Below are positions 23,501 through 37,700 of a stretch of DNA of 64,000 nt, piece by piece. The DNA comes from Lingula anatina (lineage: Eukaryota > Animalia > Brachiopoda). Under the pieces are notes generated by a model that ran no database searches, was not told where the DNA came from, and worked only from the letters and a program-made list of their open reading frames with translations. How positions within the stretch are numbered: position 1 is the first letter of the stretch; each line of letters opens with the position of its first letter. Both the position numbers and the translations under genes were made by a program. The DNA lies in contig CM120641.1 of NCBI GenBank assembly GCA_051362555.1, positions 7,254,001-7,318,000 of the forward strand, in the 5' to 3' direction.

Positions 23501-26500
23501 CATATTCTTGTTGAAATTCCCTGTTAATGTATTACAGTTGTTGGTGTGACTGGACTAACTTCATCCTCAATCTTGTCTTTTGATGCAGAAAGCTGAAAAA
23601 CTTGGATGGCAGTCCATACTTTGAAGATTACTGGGAGAGCATCTGGGCATTATATGTACTAGTCACTACAGCCAATGATCCAGATATCATGTAAGCATTA
23701 GAATTTTAAAATAATACCATTTTTGTTACATTTGGTCCCATGGCGTTAAAAGTCAGTTTGGTATGTTTACAGTGGTAATGATTGGATGTACACATTTTTC
23801 TTTTTAAATTGGTGTGTTTTTGGATTTTGCTGTTATAAATATGAGTCTCTTTGCAAGATTTTTAAATCTTAAAAGTCACTTCAGATGCACATTTATTATA
23901 CTTCTACATTTTTCTCTTTCAGGATGCCTGCATATGACAATGACAATTGGTCTGCCTTGTTCTTTGTTGTCTATCTTCTCATAAACTTGTACATCTTCAT
24001 GAGTATTTTGTTGGCTGTTATTTACAATAACTATAAAAAACATCTAAAGGTGAGCTGTTATGTAGCTATTTTATGTCTTTTTTCATACTGATCCTTAGAA
24101 AAGATTAAAATATTGTTTTACAGTGATCATATACATGTACATGCAGTAATTAATAGACTTTAAATGATTCCAAATTAAATTGTTTAAATATTATAGTGGT
24201 AGAATACACATATCTTTATTAATTTGCAGAATGAGGTGAGAATGGCTGTTATATCTAAACGCAAGAAACTATTTCAAGCCTTCGAAATTCTGAAAGTACA
24301 GAAGGATGGGAAGGAAGTTTTGACTGAGGAACGATGGAGTTTGTTAATGAAAGCTATATCAAATAAGAGGAGTGGTGCACAAATAGAACTGCTGTTACAT
24401 GTGCTGGATGAAGATGGGGATAACTGTCTCTGTAGGTGGTTTAAAGGAAAGAATATAGAATTTTGTATGAAAAATTCAGTTCAGTAATTTTGAATTACAA
24501 GAACTGTAACATATCACATACTTTTCTTAGTTCTAAAGCCAAACAATAATCTACTGTATTTTAAGAACACATTTTTTTCACATGGTTTAAACTGTGTGAA
24601 CATATTATCAGTCTACTTTGTGTTTTAAGGGGGTATTGAGAAGAGGTAGTAATTTCATTACCTAAAAGAATGTATTTTGACTGTAGTCAATAAAACAGGC
24701 CAGCAAAATATGAATAGGATTATCAAAGATTATGACATTGTCATGTTATCTTGGTAATGTGTGTGTGTATGTGTGTACATGCGCATGTGTGTGTGCCACT
24801 TTCAACTGAGAACCAGTGCATTTGTGGGGATATGCAGCATCTCTGATTAGATATTAACCATTTTTTACTGGATTTGCAAAAATTTTTTATTTCTTAGTTA
24901 TATTACTTACAAGATAAAATTTGTATTAACTTGTTTATTTTTCCACCACAGACGTAAGATTTTGATTGATTTGTTGACACTTAGAAAAAACTAAGTATTC
25001 AGAGAGACAAGTAATAGATGTGATGAACCTGCTGAGCATGAGTACTTGTTGCATAGGTAGTTTGTGCATTCATATATATATCTTTTGTTTTGTTTTAGTG
25101 AGAACAGAGTTCTTGAACCTTGTAGACTTGCTGAATGTGCCCTTAACAGAGGTCCATGACAGGAAAACACTATTTGAAAAGATGTGTCCATCTCTTTATC
25201 TGTCAAGAGTCAGTGAAGTTGTCAAGATGTGTGTAAAACATAGGTAAAAGAGGGAATTTGTTATTATTTCTATTATATATATTTAATGTATTTTAATATT
25301 GTAGATTTTGAAATATTTGTATAATCAATTTACAGTGCATGTAGTGGCTTCTTTAAAGTGCTTTTTAATTTCAACCTTTTTCCAATTTTTATGGATATAA
25401 TTTGTATTTATATATGATTTCCATTTGTACATTAACATTTTAGGTTTTTTCGCTACTTCTTTGACTTCATGATTGTGGTGAATGCTGTTTTCATTGGACT
25501 GTCTTTAGATGATGCAGAGTGGTTTTTCTTAGTGCTGTTTGCCATGGAAATATTGCTTAAGATGTATGCCTATGGCTTCAGGCAGTTTTTTTCATTGTTC
25601 TGGAATTGGTAAGTAATGTTACTGGCATTGAAAATAATTCCAGTCCTGTTAACGCATTATAAGGGAAAATACTTTCTGCCGAAGGAAATAAAAAAAAACA
25701 TAGCAGGATTCAACAAGGTATCGATGCATGGTTTTGTTGCTGTTATAGAACAGTTTGTTTTCCTGTAGTGCAGACAGAGAGGAGAATGCCAACATATCAC
25801 AGCTTTCTATCAATTTTCTCTTGAATGTTTTGCTTATTGTTTACATTTAATTCATGTTTGTACAGGATATTTCTAGGATTAATGATGTCTGTACAGACTA
25901 GATGCATCATCAGGTGAGGTATATCAGAATAGTTCAGAATAAGATCTCTTTGCTGTAATAAGTTGATAACATATCAAAGATTTATGATCAGATATTTAAA
26001 TCTTTTCATTATTTTGTAGGTTCGACTTTTTAGTCATATTCAGTGCTTTGATAGCTACTATAATTGAAGCATTGCTGCAAGAATGTAAGTGTGTACTTTC
26101 TTAAAACTTTGCTGTTTAATCACATATTCCCAAAGCTGAACAGAAAAATATAAATTACTGGTGTTTGCTCTACAAAAAGGCTATGAAATTTCTAAAAAAA
26201 AGGTAATTAAAAGGAGTGACATGACATATGAGGTTTTTGTTTTTGATTCATTGATTTCACAACAATTTAGACAAACATGTAACAACATTTAAATGATATT
26301 ATGAACACATTTTCAAACATGAAATGTGTTCACTTTTTCATGAAATGTGACTTGCATTCTTTAGGGCAAGATGAGAGCAACACCTTAGATATTTTACTGG
26401 TTTTAAGGGTCTTGAGGCTCATTAAGATAATAGGAAGCATCGACAGGTAGGCAGTACTTCATCAGTGGTAAAAAATTCAGATTTAAATCTTTCAGCATGT

Positions 26501-26947
26501 TGCTTTTTTCTTTTGTTTGAGATATGAGAAGCATAAAGAGCGAATGGCAAATATGTCCCTTAGTTTGGTGTGACATACAATTCTGAATAGACCAATGGCT
26601 GATATATATGATACTGTCAAGTTTGTTTTTTTCTCTTTAGTTTCATTGGAAATGAGACTCAGTCTATGTAGATCAATTCAACTCCGCAGGCACTCTCGCT
26701 GTATGCAATCAATTTAACAGTTTAACACGCCTCATGCCACCGAGTAGAATACAGAAAAGCTGCTGATTTTAGAGTATGTTAGAAGCAAGGGGAGGCATGT
26801 CAATCTGTTTTTCTGATTGCATTCAGCCTAAGTATCTGCGGAGTTGGATGGATATATATATAAAACAGTTGTTTCATTGGGAATGAAGCCTAGAAGCAGA
26901 GGTGAAAGTTTTTCAGATTTATACAGGAATCTGGAAATTTGCCAAAA

Positions 26948-27035
<88 letters not shown>

Positions 27036-29956
27036 TTACACTTTGTTTTTTGAGGGGAGGAAGGGGGCATTTTTGGTGGTTGTATTTTTAGAATATTTTT
27101 TAAAGGTTAACTTTTATCTCTGTTGATGGCTGCGTGAAAGTAAACTTTATCTTTATATTCATTTTTGATGATGAAACAGGCATTTACTTCGCTTTTTGCA
27201 TTTTATTTCATTAACTACTATAGTGTTATTCAATATTGTTTCTGTTTAACCTTCTTTTATGTTTTTTCTGTTTGATTTTGTCTTTGGTTACTAGTTGGGT
27301 CTTCTTTGATGTGGCTAGTGTGTAACTTGTCCTCTGCCTTAATGATTTGTTATGAACTTTTATTAAGTACCCAATCTTCATACAAGACTGAACAAAATTT
27401 TCATAATTAGCAATATATCTGTATTGTTTTTTAGAAAGGTATAAGGATACAAAGCCACTTTGAATTCACAGATCTCTGTCTTAAAGTTAATTTTGAATCT
27501 TTTAGCTGTGACCTCCCATTTTGGCACCTCCTTGTTGTTTGCTGCAAATTAGAAAATGTCAGTAGTTATTCTTATTTCTCTATCTGTTTTTTGTTTCATG
27601 CATTTTTGTTTGTTTTTTAAGTCTCTATATCTGTGTGTGGTGCTTGACACTGTTTGCACTGTTTGAGCTTTCTCTTCATTCTACCAGATTTAAGGTGATT
27701 GTGATGACAATCCTCAACATTGGACCTTCCATTATAACATATGGAGGAGTGATATTTGTAAGATTTTTCTAAGTTTTGCCTTGTTTCCATGTGCATACAT
27801 TTGTTTTTTTGGAAGAAAAAGCTGCTGAGGTTTTTTTTAATTGTAGCAGACAATTTCTTAAGATTTATTGTAAATTTTTTTTAAAAGTTTGTATGTAATA
27901 ATGGCATTATAGGATACATTAATGATAATTTAAAAACTGTTATGTCTTAAGATTCTTTTTAGGATAATAGCTTGCCCTTGTTATTTTTAAAACAATAATA
28001 TAAATGTGTATTTAACAAGTTATCAAGATCTTATTCATACAATAAGCCAAATAAAAGGCAATAATTAATTTTTTATCATTCTTTATGTTTCAGGTCTTCT
28101 ATTACATCTTTGCTATCATTGGCATGGAAGTATTTTCAGGCCTTGTTGCCTACTATCCCTATGATACAAAGAACCAAAGTCAGTTGTTCTGTGGCAATCC
28201 TGCTTTGAATGGATCTGAGTTTGCCAGAGAGCGATACTGCAGCAACAACTTCAGCAATATCTTGAGATCATTTGTGTTGCTATTTGAACTGACAGTGGTA
28301 AATCAGTGGCATGATATCCTTGACTTGATTGTGCAATAAACTACAAAGTGTACTTTGTTTTATGTAACATTTTGTTCTTGTCCTTTCAGTGGAAATTGAA
28401 TTATTTTGAAAATTGTTGTGTGCTTGATTACATTGCATGGTACATACAGAGGCAGTTTTAGAAAATGTTGATAAATATATGTTTATTTTAAATTTTTTAA
28501 TTTATATTTTTTTTAAATTAATCTTTTAGTTGTACATTTATTATTTTTTATTTCTATTCTATATCAATGGTATTGGAAGTATTGTAATAAAAATGATTGA
28601 TAAATACTTAATGGCAAACTAATATGAGAGGTTCCAGTTATTTTCTTAACGTCCTCACTCCTGACATCGGGCTTTGTTTTGGTGACAAGTAAAGCTGCAA
28701 GGATTTATTTCTTTACGTTTCATCTGATTTGTGTAGTGATCATTCTGAAGTAAGTTTGAAGCATTTTAATATTAAATAATGTTTTCATAGATGTGAATAC
28801 ATGTATAGTCATAATACCATCGTCTTTGTTAAGTTACTTTTGGTAAAAATGGTCAACAATTAACACAAAGAATATTGTTCTTCAGATATTTCATTTCATT
28901 ACATATCTAAAGCTTGCCAGCTTAAACTTAGTCTTAATTTGTCGTTTATTGTTGATATATGATTGATGACTTTTATATATATATATATATATAAATGGTT
29001 TTGTAAATAAAACCATTTAATATATATATATATAAATGGTTTTATTTACAGCATTTTCACAGCTTTTGTATTGGAGGCCTTTATCCTGGAATATTCCTTG
29101 TCAAAAGGGAAATTTGAGCACAGAATTGAGCAAAAAATCAAAGAAATGGGATACAGTATTGGACAGTAAGTGTTTAGGAGAATTTTTTAAAAATTGCCTA
29201 AATTTTTAATTTAACGGACTGGGAAATTCAGTCATTTAAAAGTTTGACAAATATACTTTGAAAAATGAGCTGTATCAATAGACTATTTATCTTCATTTTA
29301 AACTGAAAATGATGCAATATATTCTGTAGGAAAACGGAGCCAGGTCCCTTAAAGATGAGTGTTAAGCATGACAAAACTGGACTTGTGGACAACATAGAGG
29401 AGCATCCAACAGAAGAAGAGACCTCCACCTCCACACAGGAACAAGATGGAGGTTTAAGCAGGTCAAGTTCTAATACAAGTCTTCCTGATTTAGCTTTGGA
29501 AAAAGGAATGAGGTTCCACCTGAAGAAGAGAAGTAAGTGCATTTTGTGAAATCTATTATTTATTTATTTGTTTGTTTGTTTGCTTGTTTGTTTGTTTGTT
29601 TGTAGATTTAATAGATTTAAGTTTTACTTTTTTAAAAACATTATTTGCATCTTTTTGTCAGTCCTCAAATTAAAAAAAAAGACTCAAGAAGGAAAATATA
29701 TGGAACATCAGTCCATTAATTGATAAATATTTTTCGTTATAGCAAAGTGTCCTTGCAATAAGTTTGCACAATCTGAAATTATTTTATTTAATTTTGACTC
29801 TGTCCATGTGTAGGTCGCAAGAAAGTGGAAGTGTTACTTCAATACATGTTTGAAAACGAGTTGGGACCTGAAGGCCTGCTCGATATTGACGATGTCACCA
29901 ATCTCCCAGAGGAGGACGTCAAACCTTTCCCTCTTACCCTAGACAATGTCACATGA
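20000..29956 (+). CDS. TPCN3: Two-pore channel, TPC3 type (copy 1, canonical), 19 coding exons
   Basis: Exons 20000-20164, 21282-21364, 21611-21725, 21996-22121, 22266-22388, 22635-22753, 23589-23690, 23923-24049, 24230-24431, 25099-25243, 25444-25608, 26020-26084, 26365-26446, 27688-27757, 28094-28313, 28659-28749, 29052-29165, 29330-29532, 29814-29956. Filter I VTTANDPD, filter II TVVNQWH (NQW typical of TPC3), S4 segments RWSRALRP and LRVLRLIK, C-terminal RKKVEVLLQYMFE. Confidence 0.93.
20461..20515. repeat. (TA)n microsatellite
   Basis: Uninterrupted TA run. Confidence 0.95.
26652..26878. mobile_element. Degenerate inverted-repeat element (old MITE)
   Basis: Paired segments caactccgcag/ctgcggagttg, tgcaatc/gattgca, atgagac/gtttcat. 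Confidence 0.45.
26956..27032. repeat. (TA)n microsatellite
   Basis: Uninterrupted TA run. Confidence 0.95.
28314..28658 (+). other. U12-type (minor spliceosome) AT-AC intron in TPC3 copy 1
   Basis: 5' end ATATCCTT, branch-like TTTTCTTAAC at 28641-28650, 3' end CAC. Splicing restores VVNQWH-V-LTSGFV. Confidence 0.92.
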
Positions 29957-32318
29957 GACAGTTTATGACACAGGTGATGCTAGCTTGCATGTCACTTGAC
30001 TTTGAACACATTTTTGGTGTAAATAAAAAAATTGAGTCATTTCTAGGCAGAAGTCAGTTCAAACTGTACATTTGACCAGGCTTCACTTTGTCCCTGAGTA
30101 ATTACTTAATATCAGCACATTGGTATTCCTAAGTATATAAAAAGCTACCTGCCCAGTGCACCAGCAAGCAACCTGTGGAAGACTGGCATTATTATGTCCT
30201 ATTATGTAAACAGAAATTCATGGTAAGCACAGGCCATATATTTGCATTTATACATAGAAATGTAATATGATACTGATAGGCACAATGCCAATTTTCAGAC
30301 TTATAATGGTCAAGTTATAATCTCCATCATGATTAACTGTATTATCATCTTGTGCAACATGATTGTTAATATACACCCAATAGATGTCCCTTTATAAATT
30401 ATTAAGGAGTTGTTGATGTTTGTATGTTAATTGATGACAAAATCAATTTAAGTTTAGATTAATAATTTTTGAGGAATGGGATATTTTTATTATAATATTA
30501 AAGAATTGGTCTGAATTATTACAAAGAGATTATTCTTCTAAAAGAGTTATTTATGATGAAGATGCCAGTGATATATCAGGCCAGTGATATATCAAGCACA
30601 ATGTAGTGCTAGGCCAAATTTTTTGGTGAATTATTCATTCTGATAAATGAAGAATAAACTTGAGATTTCATGTTTAACTTGGATATATTATAGGTTTAGA
30701 TGTGCAATATGATTTATTCCCAATTTATAGAAGAATGGAGAAAGAAAACAATGAGTGTGTAAGCAAAACATATTAAAGTATTTAACATAAATATTGAAAA
30801 AGGATATTCAATTAAGATATACATGTCATAAGTGATCAGCTGTCAAAATAGAAAATATAGTTACTACCCTGAGTTTGAGAGGCCAATTCTGACCATACTA
30901 ATTAACTACATTAAGTGTTTTATTTTATTTATTATTATTATATATATAATTTTTTTTTTTTTTTTTGGTTACTTGAACGGACTCACTGAATGCCATGTGA
31001 ATGTTTCTCAAACAGTTTTATTTCTTTATCTTTTGACCAGATAACTGAATCACATGCATTTATATGGTCTACAAAACTGAATTGGAATTGGTGATTGGAT
31101 TGGTATCTCAAGATTAAAAGGTCAAAGATAAAAGTGGATGGAATATCTGCTTATTTGCCAGGATTGCATGACCATCAGATTGTAAAGCTCAGGCTAGATT
31201 TTGACTTTATATATCTATACATATACGCTGTGGATATCATAACAGAGTTGGTGCTAAATATAAAATATATACTGTACATTGCCATTTTACAACTATGATA
31301 ACAGAAAAAATAATATCAAATACTCATTAAGTAATTTTTCATGAGATTGAGATGTTATATATGTTAAGAGGTCAATGAAGACATTGATAGATTGCTGATA
31401 TTTTATGCTCTAATAAAATTCATGCTGATTGGTACAGTGACTCCAGCGTTTTGTTTCATATTGATAAAAAGTGTGAGACATGTCTGAATTTAAACCTCAG
31501 CTTTTATATGAAACTAAACATGATTTTGATTAAAATTAAAATTTTAATTATCAAATGCACAAGGGGCAAGTATTTGCATCAAAATTTATTAACTTTAGAA
31601 AATGACCAACGTAGAATATGACATGTTTACGAATTGGATTTTTACTGCGTAAGTCATACAAACATTTTTATGTTACATTTATTGTTTTTTGATGTTCAAA
31701 TAATGTCACTTGTAGATTTATGGCTGTTACATGCAAACTAAAATAAACTTTAATGTATTTTTGCCATATTCCCCCACCCCCACCCCATACCTTTTTTCAA
31801 TACCAGAATGACCCCTACGAGAGGCAGTTAGAAAGCACTTTGTGGCCCAAATAGGCAAGTTCCATATTTTTCAGAATGCCCAAGTTTTTTTTAAATCCTA
31901 ACAATGGACTGTGGTCTTCAGAAGGGGTGAATGGGCACAATGGAGACTTCAGAAGCATGTTTTATATCTAGTTTTGAAAGCTGCTCTTGTTCCATCACAT
32001 TTCAACATTGAACTCGGCTACATATGTAGATTGCCTATACCTTTTGCATCAGCCCTTTCTCAAAGTAGAGTTCAAGTCATAAGACTTGGCCATATATTCA
32101 TAATTGCTTAATTACAACTTTTTCAGCAAATAAATTTTTAAGTTGATAGGTGGACTCACCATGAAATAAATCCCTGACATCATGTACAGTGTATTTTTCT
32201 TGTTATGATGGGGTTCTCCAAAAGCATAGGTTTATTATGTCGTACATAAATATGGTTTAGTACCTCGTAATATGCATGTTTCTGTTGATGAGGAGATTTT
32301 GACTCCAATACCAGTGAC

Positions 32319-32325
32319 TATAAAT
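32319..32325 (+). promoter_or_regulatory. TATA-like box upstream of TPC3 copy 2
   Basis: GACTATAAATA lies in a block conserved upstream of copy 3 (47687-47693). Confidence 0.35.
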
Positions 32326-32552
32326 AACTGGACCACATACTGGACAAGGAAGTTTTTTTTATTTGATTTCTTATCAAAAGGTGCAATATATTTTTCACTG
32401 CTTTAAAGTGGAAAATGATAAAGGCTTATCTATTTGTTACATGTACATGTACATTGAATACCAGGGCAGAGAGGGACCACCTGGTAACTTTGTCTTTTCT
32501 CTACGCTGAAATTTTACGACCCTTACTCTTGGTAAAGGACGGATACAGCAAT

Positions 32553-34681
32553 ATGGCATATTCCATAAGGGATAATAATCATAGAAGAAATATTGAAACA
32601 TATTCACTTAAAGAGGGAGATGGGCAATACAAACAAAGACTGGATCTAAAGTCTAGGCCACGCTCACGATCACTTTGCACTCAATATAACAATTTAGCTT
32701 TTGTGCAAGAAGTGGATATTGATCTGGAAGAGGAGCAGCGTTGTGATTTACCAACAAGGCAGAGATCTGTTTCATTTGCTTTGGTGGATGAAGAACCCAC
32801 CAGATTAATCCAAAATACATATGACCATTGTCCTGTAAATGAGGTGAGTACAATATGGCTGTAAGCATTCATAAAAAATGGAGATTGAAAAAATGGAACA
32901 ATTGGTTGTTTGACTTCAAATTTTTTTTCATTAAAAATAATGATTTTTAATTTTACTTTAGGAGTGAGAAGTTAGAAGTTAGGAGTCTCATTTAAGACAT
33001 TTTATTATAATTATTTCACATTGTGGGATGCTTTTCCGAACTGGAATTTTGCTAGAATATTATAGGATTGCACCCAGTACTTTTCCTCCAGCATATCTGT
33101 GTGCAAATATAATTATAATAACAATAATAAATAGCAATAATAATAAAATAAATAAAAAATTAAGATATTAAATAGGTGAAGATGATATGTGGCCAACTAT
33201 TCATATTCCCATATAATATTATGCTGATATTATTCAGGCTGTGTGTGGGTAGGGTGGAGGTGACTGGAGACACTTACATGTACTTGCCCTTTAGACTCTT
33301 TAAGAATGTTTGTTTTGGATGTTAACCTGATAATGATAAAAGTGAGACAAGCAATTTTTGCCACCCTTGATAAAATGCATTAGTACAATCTTTTTTTTTT
33401 TTAATTTCCTTTCTTCAAATAGTGGTCTTTCAATTTTCAATGACTGACACAAAAAACTTACAGTTCAATATATTACAATTTTAATTAAAATTTCAGATGC
33501 CTGATGGCTATATTGAACTTCATCGATCCCTTGCAAATGGAATTTCTTCGGCTTCCAACCCAAACATTTCTTCCAGTAGTGTCAGATCTGCATTGCGTAG
33601 AAGCTCTTCAGATGGATCACTTTCACGGTTCCCTCTCTCACTGAGAAGAACTAACAGTGTTGTGTCCACCACCAGCACACATCCTGAACTTACAAACGAG
33701 GTAAGGTTTACAATGTCTGACTGTCTGCTTTTAATAGTGTACAGTAGTTTTGTTGTAACACCATCTTCATGTCAATATAGATTTTTGTTTTTAAAAGTTT
33801 TCTACATGGTTAATTTTTTCATCTTCAACTGAGTGATTTGCCTGTATGATAGGCCTTCATTAATATCAAATTTTTTTTGGAAGTCTTACGAAGTAAATAA
33901 TAACTTGTTTGTATCTAACAGGAACTTCTTCTGGCAGCAGTTTATGTAGAAGATGCAGTTTGTGGCAGAGATATGCAGTTTAGAGAGGATGCTAAATCTG
34001 TAAAGTATGTGTTGGACATTTTTTAAAATTGATATTATCATAAGATATATGTTTGTAAATTTATAGTAATTGTTATACAGTAACTTTTTATTTTGGAAAA
34101 ATACTCTTGGAGATACAATACATGCATTTATGTGAATTCTGTTATGTCAAAGTGTGAAAAAAGGGGGAGCTAGGAAGGAGCACAGAGACACATTACCTTC
34201 TTTCAATTAATTTCTTACCTCTGACAAGGTGGTTATGTTTTTGGTTCCGTAAGTATGGACATGGACAGGTTTTGATAAAATGTTCAGGATAGGCCACACA
34301 CAAATGGGCCATGGAAAAAATGATAAGATTTTGGGAGTGATAAGGATTACCATTGAAATACATTCTACATAGAAGCTACACATGCAAGCAGTAATAATTA
34401 CAGCTTGACATATATATATTATATTTAACAGGCATTATTCACAAGCTGACATCATCATGTCACATGCGAACATGACTGCATCAAAACTACACAAGTTGTA
34501 CTAATTAATGTTTTGATTATACCCATTGCACATGTATTGGATCACTTGCTGCTTTGGATTGAATGCTGTTTTATAGTTTTTATGGAATTGATATCTTTTC
34601 TAAGCACATGCTTTGTCAATTGTTTATAATTTCTTAAAGGTTAAGTCCTTGGCAGAGTTTTGCGCTCTCTGAATGCTTTTC

Positions 34682-34725
<44 letters not shown>

Positions 34726-37700
34726 TCAATTTTAGCAATTTTTTGTGTGCACTCAAATCTCTTGATCATATCGTACCCAGAGTTTTTGTATGTTCTCCCC
34801 CCCAACCCCCACCACCACCCACCATTTCCCTCAGTAGCATTCCTCCATTCAGATCCCTTACTGTATTTCTCTATTTAAGGAGTTACAGATTGTACCATAG
34901 ACCTGTCTGTCGGTGGATAATGTATATGTTCATCTGGGTTCACCTTGCTCTTGCTCTGTTTGAATACCCAGCAATATATGGACTAGATGTAGAATACTGG
35001 GTAAGTAGAAATACAATTAACAAATAAAAAAGGGGAAATCTATGAGGTATTTAAAAAATTAATATATTTTTTGAAGAATTGATATGATAAAATTAAATGA
35101 TGAAGTTATAACTTCTTTCTTGAAGGAACAATTGTCTGCAATTTCAAAATAATTATTAGTAGTCTATTACATTAGTTATAGTAAGCACCAAAAACATTCC
35201 ACATTCCAAATCTGTTCATTAATTTTTTTTTCAGATCACCATGGCAACAGAAACTGTTTGCCTCATTGCCTACATATGCCGTTTTCTTCATCACAAACGT
35301 TTTGATGTGCATGAGAATTTATGGAATAACAAGAGATACCTGATCGTATGCATTCTTGTAGCGGTCAGTGTCCCTTTAAGTGGAACTAATATATAAATGA
35401 TTGTTGTATTTGCTTTGACAATTAAGATTATTTGTACTTTAAGTTACTTGCATTATAAACACTGTGATTTATAGTAGTGAAGTAAGCACCTTTACTAAAT
35501 TATAACTGAAAGAAGAAAAGATAATTATTTTTTGTTTGTTTTTTCCTTCTTCCTTTTTTGTTGAGATGGGCAAAATATCAATAAAAATTTTTTAATGTCC
35601 AATTTGCTCCATTTTGAGATTCTGAACATAGTGAATGATTAAAAATGACAAACTGTAATGAATTATTTTTGGGGGAGATAGCTTATTTATTATAATCAAT
35701 GAATATTTTAAGAATCTTTTCTTTCTAGCTGACCTGGCTTGACATGGTGATATATGTTATCTGGTACCAGTTTGGATTTTTTGGTAATCACAAAGCTATC
35801 AGATGGTCACGCCCCCTCAGACCAGTTTTCTTGGCAGCATTTGGAAGACATGTAATTTTAATATAGATATATATGACTGTTTTGATGTGTGCAGTTTGTA
35901 GAAGTTATCATGTGTTATGAACACACAATTATGGATAATTTAGAATTAGAATTTCATAAGTAAAGTGCCAAAAAGCTAAGTACAGGTTTAAAAAATGTGC
36001 TAAGACATTATTCCTTAGAGAGAAATCTGGTTCATCCCCAGTTCCTTGAGGTTTGATCATTATTTTCAGAAGAAATTTCTTAAAAAGCAAAAATTGAGAC
36101 CAAAAATTGGCATCTAGCTGTTTTATCTTTTTTTTTTTTTTTCATTAAAAAAAGCATAATTTCAAATAAAACATTCTCATTTCAGTTGAGGAAAGCCTTT
36201 GAAAATATCAAAAGGTCTCTCCCTGAGACACTGAATGTCCTGGCAGTATTTATTTTTGTTGTCTTCATGTTTTCAATACTGGCATTTAAAATGTTTTCTG
36301 CAAGGTAAGTGATATGAAATATAAGTTACTTTTTGAGCTATACTCATATTTGTCATTTTAGACTTGTCTGTACATGGATATGTGTTTTTTTTCCTCAGGT
36401 AAATTTAGATTCAAAATTTAACAAAATAGATCTCTTGCTTTTTTTATACAGCAATTTGACCTATCCTGATGGCTCAGGCTACTTTGTTGACTTCATTGAT
36501 AGCATGTGGGACTTGTATGTGCTTGTTACTACAGCAAACTTTCCAGATGTTATGTAAGTATGTAGTTTTAGTTAATATCGCAAAAATTTTCATAATCCTA
36601 AAGTGGTCCAAGCCAGGATATTGAAAGCATTATAAAAGCATACGGTAAAGTCTTGAAAATTTCGTCGTTCTTGAAAATTTCGTCGGCAGACGATTTTCCG
36701 CCGAGGTAATTTTTTTCCCCTTGAAAACTTCGTCGACCTTGAAAATGAGGTACTCAATAATTTTTGAAAAGTTCGTCACCAAATATGGCCGCGTTGTCCA
36801 GCTCAAACATGAAGGTAATGCGTCAGTTGATTCAAGACAATGATACGATCAGGATATCATTGCCGATAACACTCTCAATGGGAGATAGGAACAATAGTGC
36901 GCCCCTGCGAGCGGTTACTCACAATATAAGTGGTTAAGATGTGAATCCCCGTTCTTAATTGCGGGAACATCGGCCTTTTGTCTAAATAGTTTCATTACTA
37001 TTACCTGGCTCAAGGTGCGTTATCAAGCCGGCAAATAAAAGTCACAGGCCGCGGCTTTGTCATTTGTAACGCCGTTATTGTTATCGGCGGCTGTCCTAAA
37101 TGAGGAAGACACAATGAAAAATCAAGATATTATCTCGAAGGGAAATGTACCCGTCACTTCTATTCATGTCCATGTTCAATTTAGGACCATTTAACAATTA
37201 CCTGGCTCATCCATGGAGATCGTTCGCAATGCGAATGGGACGAGATGGCAATTTTCATAGCTTCAGCAGAGAATCTTTCGCGTAATATTGTCAACAGATC
37301 GTTCGCGATCCAAACGAGACAAGAAGAAAATTTTCATATTTATAGCAGACTCCGTTCGCGTAAGATCATCAGCGGGAGATCGTTTGCGATCCGAGCGAAA
37401 CGAAAAGGCAATTTTCATGTCATCATCGGGAGATCGTTCGCGATGTAAGCAAGAATGAAATGCAATTTTCAAATTAGTGCAAGGAACTTAGTTTGCAAAA
37501 GATCGTCAGCGGGAGATCACTATTCTAACCCCCCCCCCCCTTTGAATTTAATAAATAATATATATATTTTCATTTTATCTTTAACCCCCCCCCCCCCTTC
37601 CCCGCTCATGGCATATCTTCGGCGGAGAATCGTTCGCGTAAGATAATCATCGCGGGATCGTTTGCGATGTAAGCAAGAATGAAATGCAATTTTTATATTA

